A stretch of DNA of 55,017 nt from Bigelowiella natans CCMP2755 (GCA_000320545.1 ADNK01002880.1:1-55017), one strand, 5' to 3'. Shown: positions 25,869 to 39,465, numbered from the stretch's first letter. The notes: generated by a model not told the origin, from the sequence alone. A program made the numbers and translations.

Positions 25869-28800
25869 TCATAGCTGGAACGCATACATACCAGAGGAGC
25901 GAGCGTCAGATCTGCTGCCTGCACGAGAGGCACTTCTAGGCACTCTAGCCGAGAAGGCCCCATCGTCTCGGTAAACACGGTCGTCATTATTTTCAGGTAG
26001 GACGGTTCCAATCTTCCTCTTCTTCCGCTGTTTTCCCGCTGTGTTTACGGGCGACGCGGAGCTGCTGCTGGCAGCGCTATTGCTGACGAGTGCGTTCATC
26101 CGCCGGCGGAATGCTTTGCCCAGTGTCCCGAGTTTGGACGTCTTCGCGTCCCGATGATGGCCTCCCGGTGCCAAAGACGCTGCAGCTGCTAATGAAGCAT
26201 CAAGCCCATGCTCCTGGAAGCGATGCGACAACGGATCGAGGAACTGGCGGAAGAATGCACCGCAAAGTCGGATGTTGGCCGCCTCGATCTCCTCGAGCGT
26301 GTTCGCAGCGTAGAGAAGGGAGAGAATCAGAGTCTTCCTTTCCTGGCCAGGCCGGTCTATCCGCCCCTTGATTTGTTCCATGATGTCCCCGGGTTGAGGC
26401 CGGATTATAATGGCGTCGCCTTCTTCCTGTAGATTCAGCCCGTGGGAGGCAGCTAGCACAGACACAACAAGAGGGCCTTGGGAACTATTATCATCTTCTT
26501 TTTCATCACGATCTCCGTCCTGCCCTCTCCTCCTACGGCCAACAGTTGTCTTCCTCCTTTTCTGTTGCTTGCGCAGCTTCGAGGAAGGGCCGGGTAGCGA
26601 CGCCAGGCTTCTCGCGTTGGGAATGAGTTTCAAAAAGCGAGCCTCCTCCAGCTTCGTGAGCGCGAAGACGATTGGCCTCCGCCCCTCCTCCTGCAAGGCT
26701 TTGACCTCCGCACAAATAGAGGCTGGGAGCAGCCGTGTCTCGAACCGCTTGCGCAAGAAAGCCTTCAGTCGGGAAAATATCAGACGCGCGTCCCTCCCAA
26801 CCTGAAGGGCACTTGTCTTCAAGATGTCACGGTACGCACGTGCATCGTCCTCATCCAGCCGAAGCCCGCGGTAGCGAATCTTCCACTTGCGGCGATTCTC
26901 CGGCACGTGACAGATGATGTGCTCCCTGAGCAAGCATGGCAGGTATGCTCGGGTTCGTGGTAGTGACGAGCGCAGCATCCTAACCATGTAGAACAACTTC
27001 GAGAACTTTGACCGGAAGAACGTCGCTGAGAGCAGCAGCACTCCGCATCGCGACGCCGAAACCTGTAATATATATATATATATATATATGATGATATTTT
27101 TGAGAGTGAGGTGATGAGGATTCGTCGCGAAAAAGCCTGGAGATGCAGATGGCTCTACCTGTCGCCAGGCTTCCCCAGTGTGGAGTGCACTGTCGTTTTG
27201 TATCGAAAGACACTCGTCAATAACCACAAAGTCCCATCCTGTTTGCTTGGAGAAGATATGGTCGCGGGCCCGTGAGAGCGTCGTGATTACGAGGCTTCTC
27301 GAGGACAGCACAGCGTCCTTCCCTCGAGGACTCGAGCCTGCAAAAACACACAAGGCCGTCAAACATTTAGTTGCTTGGCTCTCATAACCTCTTCATAATT
27401 CCCACTGCTGTGTTGGTCTCTCCACCCTCTTCCCATTTCTCCCGTTTCCCTCACTCTTACGTATCGGTGGCCCCACTCCAGCGGAGGAGACGCCTTTGCT
27501 CACCAGACGTCCGTTTGCCTTCTGGCATATGATGTCGAAGCCGCGCGTGTGGATGAGGGCCTGATTCGCCCACTCATTGATGAGAGGATTGGTCGGGACA
27601 AGGACGAGAAATCCCTTCCGTTCCACGCGCCTCTCCTCGAGATGGCGACTGATCTCGCACATGCTGCCTAGCGCCGTAAGCGTTTTCCCCGCCCCCACCG
27701 CACTGGCATCTGCAAAGCCGCGCTTCCCCGCCGAGATACCGGCCATGATTTCGCCCACCGCTTTGCACTGGTGTTCCCACAGCGCCGTCTTCACAACGGG
27801 GCATGGAAAGGAGGGACGTGGCCGGAGCCTTGTTGTCGTCAATCGGCTTGCTGAACTCCTCGAGCCGCTGTCGCCGTCGCCACATTCACCATCGTGCTCG
27901 CATACTTCACCACGCACACCGCCTCTATCTATTCCCATCGCCTTGCTGCGGACAAGGGCGCTATCTGTCGCGGCGAAGGACTGGCCGTCATCGTAGGTGC
28001 CAAAGGCTAAAAACTGCACGCAGCGGAGGAGATGCATGAAGGTGGGCGATGACGTGCCACGTAAGCGAAACCTGAGTTCCCCACACCGGATAACATTGAA
28101 CGGGTACAACGCCTGCAGCATGAAGAGGAGGCGCAGCATGACGCCTTCGGTCATTTGCTGAACTGACCCTACTCTTCTCAACCCTGAAGAATCGACAGGG
28201 GAGATGACGATGGTACTATCTCCATAACTACTGCTAGTGTTGCTGCTGCTGCTGCTAGAGCCGCCGCTCTCCACATCCTCTCGAGTCACGAATTTTACAA
28301 AGAGATCTCTCCAGACTTCGCGACTTAACTCGCTCCGATAGCTTCCATTGCTACTGCTGGCACTTTTCTTGTCGGCCCTCTTGGCAAGTCGCAGCCAGTC
28401 GTACACAGCATGAAATCGCTGCTGATTTCTATCAAATGCAAAACACTTTCTGTTGATCGTGACTCTCTTGGAAAAAATGAACATAATATCTAGGTGGAAA
28501 ACATAACGCAAAATGAAATATTTATACGCAGGTGAAAGATGTAGTCAATCTTATATTAGCTTCTTCGGATATTTTCTCCCCTCTTCGCTCATTCGTTTTA
28601 TAGAACCTTCTCTCCTCCTCTATCTTCCTTTCCTTCCTCGCTGCAGCCGAGAGAGATTGAAGCAGGGCAAAGCCCTCACTCCCAGTTTCGCCTTCCTGAT
28701 CACCCTCATCACCATGCTGGCGCTGCTGCTTGCTATCCCCAGTTCCCATGGAATCCCCATGCGAACAACCTTTTTCTTCCTTTTTATTTTGTGTGTCCGC

Positions 28801-29468
28801 TGTTCCTTCTACTCGGACATAAAGCGCCTTTTTCACCAACGACTCCAGCTGCTCCGGCATTTCCTTGAAAACCAGCGGCTTTTCGCACGGTACTAAGGCG
28901 CGGCTGGCGTCGAACGCCGAGAGCCTCAGCCCGTTTGCAAAGAACGACAGGGTTGGAGTCTTCTCGCTGGCGCTGCTACTATTACTCCTTCTCGCCTTAG
29001 ATTTTGGTTTCCTCTCTCGATCAATTTCTACCCGAACTAAAATGGCCTTGGGGAGTGGCTTTCCGTTCCCCCCCCTTCTGCTAGTATACCTGAAACACAT
29101 ATGAATCATTAGGATTATGTTTGTCCTTGCGTGTATAGCTTCGTACAATCTGCTACTTGCATATGCCTCGCCCATACATGAAGCAGCCAGCGCTGCATGC
29201 TGAACTGCATGCAATGAATCACCGATGATCAAACTCCCATCGCCAGGCGAAGCCAACTGGAGGAGCCCCGGGATTGACGCGAATACCAGTTTCGAGCTTT
29301 TCTAGGACCTTCCTCCTCACGGCGCATTTCACGGAAGAATCTTCTACAATTTGCGACGCGGAAGCCTCGTTGGAACTTGTCGAAAGCACAGTTTGCACGA
29401 GGAATGGATCCTGCTTGTCGCCGCACAAAGTAGCAATGTACGCTCCGGAGTAGGAGCTTGATGAAGGC

Positions 29469-29505
<37 letters not shown>

Positions 29506-32500
29506 TTCTTGAGGATGTGATAGTATCTTGAGGCCGGGAGAACGAGCTAGTACTGCCCACATCGCGACTTTGACGCTTTCGAATACTGGAATTCGTGGTT
29601 TTTTGTTTCCGTTGTCTTTTTTGATTTGCGTATGTGTCCTTCTGCTTCCCTCTTGTACTGTTTCTACAATGTTCGTTTATTGTGCGTTTATCCCCCCCCT
29701 CACCTCCGGCGTGGTCTGTATCGCTCTCTTTTGATAGACCAACGATGTGTGAGGCCCCAAATAGCTGAAGAAAAGCCACCTGAATCGGTAAAATGAGAAT
29801 GCATAAAATGTGGAGATCCCATAAAATTTGTCGCGAATCTGAATTCCTCCCCCATCCATTCATACCAACACCAGACGCACGATGATCAGGACTATTACAG
29901 TATAATTTATGAATCTACCCGTGCCTCATATTGCGTTGGCTTTCGTCCGTATTTTGCAAGATCTCCGTCACAGATAGGCAACACCCCTGGTGATTCCTCT
30001 TTCTTTACGACGGTGTTTATGCTCTTGACGGCAGTTATCGGCGTTGTCGCAGTTGCAATTTCCCTTGGCATTAGCGATGATTGTGATCCCCCAAAGGCTT
30101 CAGATCCGAGCATTGCTGTTTTTCTAACCGTCTTTGTCACAGATGATCTTGTGAATGGTGTAATCCCAGCCATTGTTGCTTGAGTTGTTGCGGCAGTATC
30201 TCGAAGATGTGTTTGGATAGCTTCGATTACCCGCAGAAGACGCACCTCGCGACCTGATAACGTGAGGACATCTTCGATAGGTTTTCCGAGCCAGCGCAAC
30301 GACGATGCCTCCTCGTCTCCCCGCTGCTTTCCCCCTTTTTGTCCAGAAATCAAACGATTTAAAAATAAGATGCTAGCACACACATACAATACAGGCATAG
30401 ATATACACTCCGCACACGCACAGATATCGTATACTCATTCATATATACAACTTGGTTTTACCAAAGAGACTAGTGTCACGATAAGAATGGGAACGAGAAC
30501 GAATATAACAACGCAAACTCAACCAACACGTGAAACATATTCAATCACTCCATCTCTGGCTGGTCTTAATGTACCGAGGTTGGTAGACGTCCTAGGCTCC
30601 TGCGACGTATTAATGTCAGGCACTAACGTGTCATTTTGACTCCCAACGCTGGTCTCCTCCTTTCCTTCCTCAATGATCTCCTCCGTTACAATTCCATTTT
30701 CCTTTTGCTTCTGGTGCTTCCTAGCTGTGACGGAAATGCCATCATTACCAATGTTGGCGCTTTCTCGCTTTTCTGTTTTCCCCTCCCCAGCATTATCACC
30801 GTCGCCTTCCCCATCCTCGTCCTCAGACGTGTCCTTGCCCATAAACTGCATGATTCGGAACAGCTCCTGACGGGGCCCACCGTCCCTTCTCGATGTTCGC
30901 GCATTGACACCGGAACTGAGTCGCCACACGAGGCCGGAGAGCGCTCGCAGGGAATGCTGATAGTCGCAACAGTTTAAGTCTGCGTGGTTCTTTGTGGTGC
31001 AATGTGTTTGAATGAAAACGTTATCATCGCTCTCCGCCAATCGTCTAGAAATTTAGGTTTGCGAGAGATTATAAAACTCGAAATCTAACACTATAACTTG
31101 CTGATTCTTCTACCTGAGAGGCCTCTCTCGGAGGATACGGCAGCGACGCTTGGAGGAACAATAGCATATTGCTATGAAACTGATGATCAAATGCACAAAG
31201 TCGCGCTCGATCTTCAGCAACGGACACCTGGTGCAAATCCACATCGCCAACCGCCTTGTCCTCGTGCGTATCATCTTCAGAATAGGCTTTGAGAGGCATC
31301 AGGTTCCTCCCTCCCTTCAACATCGTCTTGGTTTGACAATTGCTGGCTCCTTTCACCTTTTTGTTCTTCCCCCTCTTTCCGTTGGTCCTTTCGGCCGGGC
31401 TCAGCATGCTGAGGTAGCGCAAAAGGAGGTTTTGCTCACCGGCGTTGAGGGGCATTAGCATGATTGCTGCACGGATGCTATTCCGGAGATACATCTCATG
31501 CTCCTTGGGATCATCGTGAGTGCCGGCACTGTTCTTAGTAGAACGACCAGCATTTGCCTTCTCCTCTCTATTTCCACTAGGCCTTAATCCTCCCTCAAAT
31601 CCGGAGCAAATATTTTCCAGAAGCTTCTCGCTGCTATCCGCTCTAAATCCCCTCCATGGCCAGTGCGATTCTAGGAAAATAATTCTCATACCGTACAGTA
31701 CAGATATGATCTATTGGCTTTCGAAAGCTATTTAATTGTTTCTTCATAGGGCGTTCATTCATTGGGAAATTTGCACACGCACCGCAAAACCACCAACCCC
31801 CCGGCCCCACCCCACACCACTACCTGGCTCATCGTTAGCCTGTAAGGCCAGAGCTGTGTTCTTGCAGGCATGCAGTAGGGGTTCGGGTAACACGAAACGA
31901 GAGTCGACCATAGCAATTAGAGATATTGCGAGGAGATCGTCAAGCCCCACCATGGTCCGCGTGGCCTTTCGGAATGGGCCGACGTCTTCCAGAGCTGCGA
32001 CGAATAGCCTCCACGCGAAAACGAAAGTTCCTAGAAAACCAAAAACAGTGACGGTCTGATTTCTCTCGTTCATCTGGCGATTCGAAGTCAAATCTCACCA
32101 GACTGCTTCGCATCGGGCGTTCCGGGGTTTTGAGTACTGTGGCGGTTTCCAGCTCGAGCTAGCACCTCTATCGCCTTGTTACAGTTAACACATTGGACAG
32201 AAGTAGTAGGGAATTTGCGTCATTGCCATTAGAGATGCGAGAGGTTGCATATTGTGATCCACACGCACCAAGCAACTTTCGCAAAATCTAAACATAGCCT
32301 CCCCCGATTCTATTGCGCCCCTCAGAAGAAGAGGCTTGATGATCGGCCATCACAATGATAAAATAGCCTGATGCTTATCGCGTATCCCGCACAAGTAACT
32401 ACCTCGACAAGGGACTGAGGCCCGGATAAACAGAGACCCCGTCGTATGCACCTTTGCATCAGCAATGCTGGATACCGCAGCTGCAGTGCAGCCTTTGTTG

Positions 32501-33078
32501 CGCGGCTGAATAGCGTCGAATCGTGTCCGCTATTGCGACGACGGTGGAAGCTGCGATGGGTAATAGAGCCGATTTCTGTTACTCCTTGATCAGGCTTTTC
32601 CTCATGGTCGAATCCAGGCTCTTCTTCCTCATCCACAAGTTCATTTTCTTCATTTCTCTCTAGATGAGGCAAGAGGCTGGGATCGACGCTCAATACCCCT
32701 ACGCAGAGAGAGGGTGACCCGCCCAGATCTTGATGTGCATTTCGTCCTCGTGAGTTGGGCAGTGGGGATGGCTTGTCTACGCTCCCTTTCTTGCTTGTGG
32801 CTTCTACGATTGAATGATATACAGCACGTATGAATAGGAGGGGACTCGTTAGGGAAGAGGCTGAACAACAAACTAAAACCAACACACCCACCCACACACA
32901 CTTAAACATATACATTTATAGATTTACATCCATGTAATACATTATATTTATTCATTTCTTTACATGTACTAAATGCACTAGCGTGCGCTCGGAGGTTTGT
33001 TTTGATGACCGTTTTGTTTTGTCTTGTGCTCCGATCGCGATCTCTGCCTTTGCTGATATGAGTGACGCTTTTTCGCAT
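25869..33078 (-). CDS. Large SNF2-like SF2 helicase/ATPase (roughly 2000 aa) with an N-terminal RarA/MgsA-C-like helical motif
   Basis: Q motif LWEHQ, motif I GFADASAVGAGKTLT, Ia LVLVPTNPLINEW, II FVVIDECLS, III LLLSATF, V SHGLNLQ, VI QIKGRIDRPGQ. The upstream long minus-strand ORFs from 28522 to 32915 link by GT-AG introns. Putative ATG at 33078. The single-gene model is inferred. Confidence 0.82.
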
Positions 33079-33809
33079 GGTTTGGTAGCGCCTCTCCCTC
33101 CCCTAACTCGCCATTTTCTTCCTTCACAACTCTTGAGGCATTAGGGAGAGGGATATGACCACGTATGAGTCGGTGCAGCGAACAGCCTCCGGCCTCATCA
33201 CTTCCCTGCCCGGCTCTGTACCGACGAATTGCTACCCTATATCATTTCAAAAGGTATTGTGCTAGATGAGTGTTGGATGAGTTCTTTCTCTACCTCGATA
33301 GGAGGTTATCTTCGGTTCCATATTTGACTACTAAAATGCCATGAAGCACAAATCATAGAACTCTCTCTCTGCATTCAGGTAAAGAACCGTAAGAGCCTCG
33401 CCGTAGTATACCCAACGCATATCTACGCAGACAAAACAGAACATTCGATGACGAGATTAAAAAGTATCAGCAGCGAAGACATCGGAAAATCGACGGGGAG
33501 GGTGGCTACTGGTTAGACTAAACTAGTCTTGAACAAGGAGAAATCCAATGTGTTTCTATGAAGGATCTGTCACCTCGAGTTGTGGGCTGAGCTTCTGCGC
33601 TCTCATTATCGCCTCAATCTGTTAATAAAAGCAGAAATGCAGCACAAAAGGAATATTCATCGTGCCTCCCCCTCGCTCATCACGACATGTTAGCTGCAAC
33701 GGGTAATACTCCGACTCCGAGAAGAGGATACTTCCAGAGGAGGATGCAAACTAATTCAAGAAGATGCGATATTACTAATGCTTTTACCTGATCCTTCCGC
33801 ATCCATTTT

Positions 33810-34285
33810 TCATTTGACCGAAGCTGCATGCCCAGCGTGGCTCTCACCCCTCTTTAGATCAACAAAATAGTAGAAGCCGTGCAAACACCATAAGATACGG
33901 AAATGGGAAAGGAACGTAATCACGAATATGACCAAGGCAACCACCCCCCGTCTTTCCCTCCCCGCTCCTTTCTTTGATTCGGTCTCACTTGCATCAATGT
34001 CTTCTTTTGTTGTCATTTATCTTTTTCTAGTGTAAGATTTCTGTTTGGACTGACATATCGGTGAAACGCCTTGCAAACTCATCGCCATTTGCAAATCTCT
34101 GGCCTGTTACATTCATCCTTCCATCAGCGCCGGGAGTAAATAAGACTCAGTGTGTAAATGCGTCGAAATATCCAAACCTATGCAGTCCGCGGAAATAGCT
34201 GTTTTTCCTTGAGAATTTAGCATAAAATTAGGAGGGTAATTATTGATGATGCAGTTATGAATTTGTGCCAATTTCTCGAAAAGAG

Positions 34286-34335
<50 letters not shown>

Positions 34336-34926
34336 GAAACAACGTACCCGGGTCAATCTCCTCCAAGACAAAAGCTACTGGAAGGTCGTCTCTGTAGATT
34401 ATCAAAAACACAAGGGATATATGGTGACAAGAGACGGAAGATCTTGAATAAGTGGCATCGCATACACCAACAAAAATTAAATAGGAACAAAAGCAATGTA
34501 GCGGGGAGGACGAGGAAGAGGTGGTGAAAGTGGAGGGGGGACGGCATCGAGGCAGCACTGTTCGAAATTAGTGAATTTATTGGAAGAAACGATAGAGGAA
34601 AATGGTGACTCATTGTGTTCTGGCAATGCTACCTCCATCGAAGCTGAGCCCTTTGTTTTGCGACGTCTGAAAGAACTCCGATATCCTGGGTGCAAGTATA
34701 GTTTTTAAGAGGACAGGTCAGAAGAGAGCAGCTTTCAATTCTCTTGTTGTCCCGCCCTCTTCTTAATCGCATAACCTCATCACCTCATTCGCATAGGTAG
34801 GGGGCACTTGCATGCCATTAGACTGATGCCATAGCTTGATTAAGGCTCCTATACTAAGTGCATCGTCATGAAACAGCTGAAAGCACAGATAAGGATACAA
34901 CAAGTACACAAGAGTGAGTAATATAT

Positions 34927-34964
<38 letters not shown>

Positions 34965-36537
34965 TGCATAGAGTGGGACAAGACGAGGAGGGGGGGGGGT
35001 CGAAGCACAAAACAAATACTACCTTATTCTTGACATGCTGCACGTCTTTACCATGCGCTAGGGACTCCATTGCATAGGCAATGCTTTGATGTGAAAGGAT
35101 GGGTGGGAATGGTTCCAGCACTCTGATCTAAGGAATCCAAATATCAGCAAAATTGTTTACATTTAACAACGCCGAAGTGAACCTTGAGACACGGTGAGCT
35201 ACATGCTATTTAAACAACACTGCACAGGACGATGTCGCTTCTTCAGCAATATAGTTTATACAATGCGCAAGCTGCCCAAATCCTGCCCCCTTTCTACTAA
35301 AAGAAGGTGAGTCTGTGGAGCATACTGTGAGTCCGAATTTGACATTTTTCGCGCTCTGTCCCAGTTCAATGCCTGTATGTTGATTATGGGAATGGCAGGT
35401 AAGGGTAGTGTCGCGAAAATGGTGTGTGGAATTTAAAACAAATTAAAGAGCAACGACAGCGAGGTATAATTCAAAGTAAGAAGATTCACACCTCTATTCG
35501 CAATGGTGGGGATAAGCTTTCCTTTGCCGTCGACTATAATTGATAAACATTTATATTTATAATGGTGCCCCGAGCAGCAGTTTTCCTTTATGAAATGCCA
35601 CTCTTCATGTTATTATTTTTTCGCGTTTTGCACCTTGAGCGAACCCTTCGACAGGCCCGTTTGCCAGGAGTGCCTATTATTAGGGGAATTTGGGTTAGGC
35701 TTCGTTTGGATAAATCTGACGCAGATATAGCAAGGAGGCAGCCATACCTTCCACGGGGATTTCTCTCCCTCCTCCCCGGCTTCAATAGCGTCGCTGTTGA
35801 AAACATGCACTTTTCTCAAAGCGACCCGTCATTCGAACTGTACGCTCGTTTCCCGATATAGGACGACGAGGCAGCGACTAGCGAAATAATTGAAAGTTCA
35901 TAAAATATCGTGATTTCTGTGAGCTTCGAGGCTGTGCTCAACCTGATATAGCTCCCAAATGCCTGGCGAACGCCATTCGAAGCTACTACGAAATCCCCAA
36001 CGCGCTCCCTACGAGACAGCAAAGGTTATGCAAGATTCCAGCCTTTCAGCGGCCATGACGTTCGTCAAAATCCTCCCCATGCCCATTTTGCATTGTATCT
36101 CGAGAGCGCTCACCGTTTTTTCCGCATACGCAGCTTCCTCATGCTCGCGTTGGGTTGTGGGACGGAGAAGTCCAGAGATTCTACGAGTAGTGAATACTAA
36201 AAATATTTCATATATTTTCCTTGACGCAGGTCCGAAACCGATGGCATTTTCCTGAGCGTCAAAATTTCAAAATCCCAGGCCTCAACAATGGAAGATTGAC
36301 AATATTTTAGGACATATTAAGGTACTTGTTCGACCAACATTCGTTGAGTTCAATATGGAATCTGGACAAAATTAGGGTTCAATTTGAACGCGATATTAGC
36401 CTTATACACCCGATAACATCAACTTATTTTTTTACTGAAGCCACACACTTCAGTTCGCCCTTTCTAGTCCCGAAAAAGCTTTTTCCCTTTCTGCTCCCGA
36501 AGTCCTCGGGCGTGCACTCAATACGACTTTCGGCCAT
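33810..36537 (-). CDS. Hypothetical multi-exon protein
   Basis: A chain of short AG/GT-bounded open segments (e.g. GARWGFRSSFEWRSPGIWELYQ|SLPRRP; KNK|LFHDDALSIGALIKLW..NE|DIGVLSDVAKQRAQLRWR|DDLPVAFVLEEIDP) with putative ATG 36537. No domain recognised and both ends are uncertain. Confidence 0.45.
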
Positions 36538-36832
36538 CGCAGGACACAGTTGTCGCAGGATAGAAACCTGCGAAGAGTGGTAGTTTTTCCGATTTTGGAA
36601 AGGCTCCCTAAGGCGCTCCAAATTTAGCTCGATTTATCGATTTGCAATTTTGTTATTGTCGCTCACGCTTTTACCGCCTATATTCTAGATACACTGGTAC
36701 GCCGGCTATGTCGACAAACCGTCAGGCGAACGACCTGATAACTCCCTCCTCCCCATGGCGACGATGCCTCTAGCACTTTAGCATTAACAGTCTGCCCCCG
36801 CCGCAACGTGTGAGTTCCGAGGGGTTTCGCAA
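36538..36832. promoter_or_regulatory. Putative bidirectional promoter (orphan / polycystin-like gene)
   Basis: 295 bp between putative divergent ATGs. Confidence 0.35.
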
Positions 36833-37220
36833 ATGATTCTGAGTCTTTTGGTCTTCTTTGCTGCGACACCGCAACACGCTGACGGGTAAGGAGTACTGAC
36901 TCGCCAGCTCGTTAATGTGTGTAACATTGGTGTGTTTCAGGGTCTATTGTCGTCGTACGACTCTGTTTGGGCAACCCGGAAATTCGATGGAGGGTGTTGA
37001 CATAGAGTACCATCCCTCTTGGTATTTTATAGCGTCATCTCTCTCTAATGGGACGTCTGTCATTGGAACCACCGCAACAGGAAAGCAAGATGCTTTGATA
37101 TTCAGAAAAGATTATAGTGGAAATCAACGGTATCGTCGTTACGTACTTCTTCATATATATTTTTTTAAAACGAGAGTATTGCAATTCTTTTGGAGATTTA
37201 AATGTTGCTGATAACACACA

Positions 37221-37295
<75 letters not shown>

Positions 37296-38874
37296 ATGGA
37301 TGTATATACAGGACGAAGGCTCTCGGTGTCGCTGGAGCAACTACGACCGGAATGGGGGTTGCAGCTGATCTCGAGGGCAACGCTTACCTTGTGGGCCAAA
37401 CAGATGGGAGGTTAGGCCAGGTTCTAGAAGGCCGTAAGGATTGTTTTGTCCAGAGATATGACACAGATCTCAATCCTGCTTGGGTGAGAATTATCGCCGG
37501 AATTTGCTGTAACCATTGAACCCTATTATGAACCCAACTAATTTCTCATCATAACTTTCAGGTGACTCAGTTTGGATCTCCTAACGAGGAGAGCGCGGCA
37601 GTAGGAGCTACTTGCAGAGATCCAGACCCGCGCCATATATACGTGTTTGGATGGACTAAGGGGCCGATCAGGGGAAGACCAATGGTAGCATGAAATGTGT
37701 CTGCGCGTACACGTTTGCGCTGCTACACGCGTACGTACACGCATACGTTTATCTTGTATTGGGTTTTTTTTGAACAGCCTAAATTAGATAGTTCAGTGCA
37801 AAAACAATAAACTCACAATGGTTTTGTGTAAATCTTCCTTTAACAGAAAGGCACGGGGCAGCATGTATTTATCAGCAAAGTTGATAGAGGTTGGTTTGGT
37901 GGCACCCATGAAGTCCCTTTCAAGTGTTGGCTGATATTTCTTATTTCCATTTTTGTATTTGTTTCTTGGTGCAATTGCCCCTATCTTCATTCACTACCAG
38001 ATAACGGGGAAATCGTTCTATTGGAGCAATTCGGTGACAACTAAATAGATCTAGGAAGATAATAAGGGAGCGTTGCCAACTTTCTATGTTGTGTGAAACT
38101 TATGTTGGGAATCTCCTTTCCTTCGTCACTGCTAGCCCAACTTTTGTCGGCGCATTTATGAAAATGCAAAAGGTGTTGGCGGTGAGCGACAGCTGTGATA
38201 CTGATTCTAAGGTTTATCTGGTGACACTACTCCAACGGCAATGGCGATAAACAAGGCCGCTGATGCACTGTATATTACTGGGTACACCTTCAATCCAGGA
38301 ACTAATGCATTCGACGCATTTATCATAAGGTGAAGAGCTGACACTTCGTTGAATTCATTTTCTCCATACGGCCAGTGCGCGCACCGATCATATCCATCCA
38401 TTTTTCCTTGAAATACACGCATCAGCACACGATTATACGCTGGAAAATGAAAATCAGGTGCGATACTGCTAACCTGGCTGAGAGATATCGGAAGACATTA
38501 GGATCCCCAATCGTTGGTGAGACACGAGGCTACGCAATCGCCTTGCGAGATCAGTTAGGCTATATTGCAGGGTCAACGACACATGAACCTTTGCTTGGGC
38601 AACCGAAGATAGGTACTCAGTGAATGCCGCCGCCGCCGCTTTCGAAAAATGCACTTTGCGCGATGGGCAGAGCGACCTCTTCGACGTATCTCAACCTCCT
38701 CGTCGTTTGTAGGCAAGAAAGACGGGTTCGTGGCTGCGTTTGTTCAAGATGACGGTGAGGTCAGCTTGCTAAGACGTTTTGGTAGTCGCGAGAAGGAAAC
38801 CCAAATTTTTGGAATCGTACAAACGGATTTAAGGGTCCTCTATGTGGCGGGAGATACCACAGGTGTGTGCGCGA

Positions 38875-38911
<37 letters not shown>

Positions 38912-39414
38912 AGCCAGCGCATTTTTGGTCCCTCATTCAGCTACAATTCGGTTGAAAAGCTTAAATTGATTTCAAAAACAGGCAGCCTTCCTGGACAGAA
39001 TATAACTGGACTCAAGGATGCCTTTTTGCTCACAGTGGACATCGATACGTTTGACACCCGCACGACGGTGCAATGGGGAGAAAATGGCACAGTAACCTCT
39101 GCGAAGGACGTGGCGGGAATAGGTATAAATGCACAAAAATAAATATAAGTGCTCTCCTTCAATAATCCTCCTTCTCTTCCATCACAGGCCCGGTTTACAT
39201 CACCGGGAGCACAAACGGAACATTTGGGACGGCATTAAAAGGTATGCGCAGCTTGTTGCATTTTTAATTTTTTAAAGGAAAATTAAAAAATAAAACTTTG
39301 ACGGCCTACCGACTAATGCCACATCGTTTATGGGTAACGAAAAAAAATTGGCAAATATTTGCATTAATTAAATTTAGGTCGTCACTTTGTTCGATAATGT
39401 CTCAGCTCTATTTC

Positions 39415-39465
<51 letters not shown>

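Noticed and set aside
33155-33516. Possible two-exon 78-aa plus-strand gene (MTTYESVQ..FQK|VKNRK..)
   Set aside because: Splice sites are plausible, but the ATG is only 76 bp from the helicase ATG and there is no homology; chance cannot be excluded.
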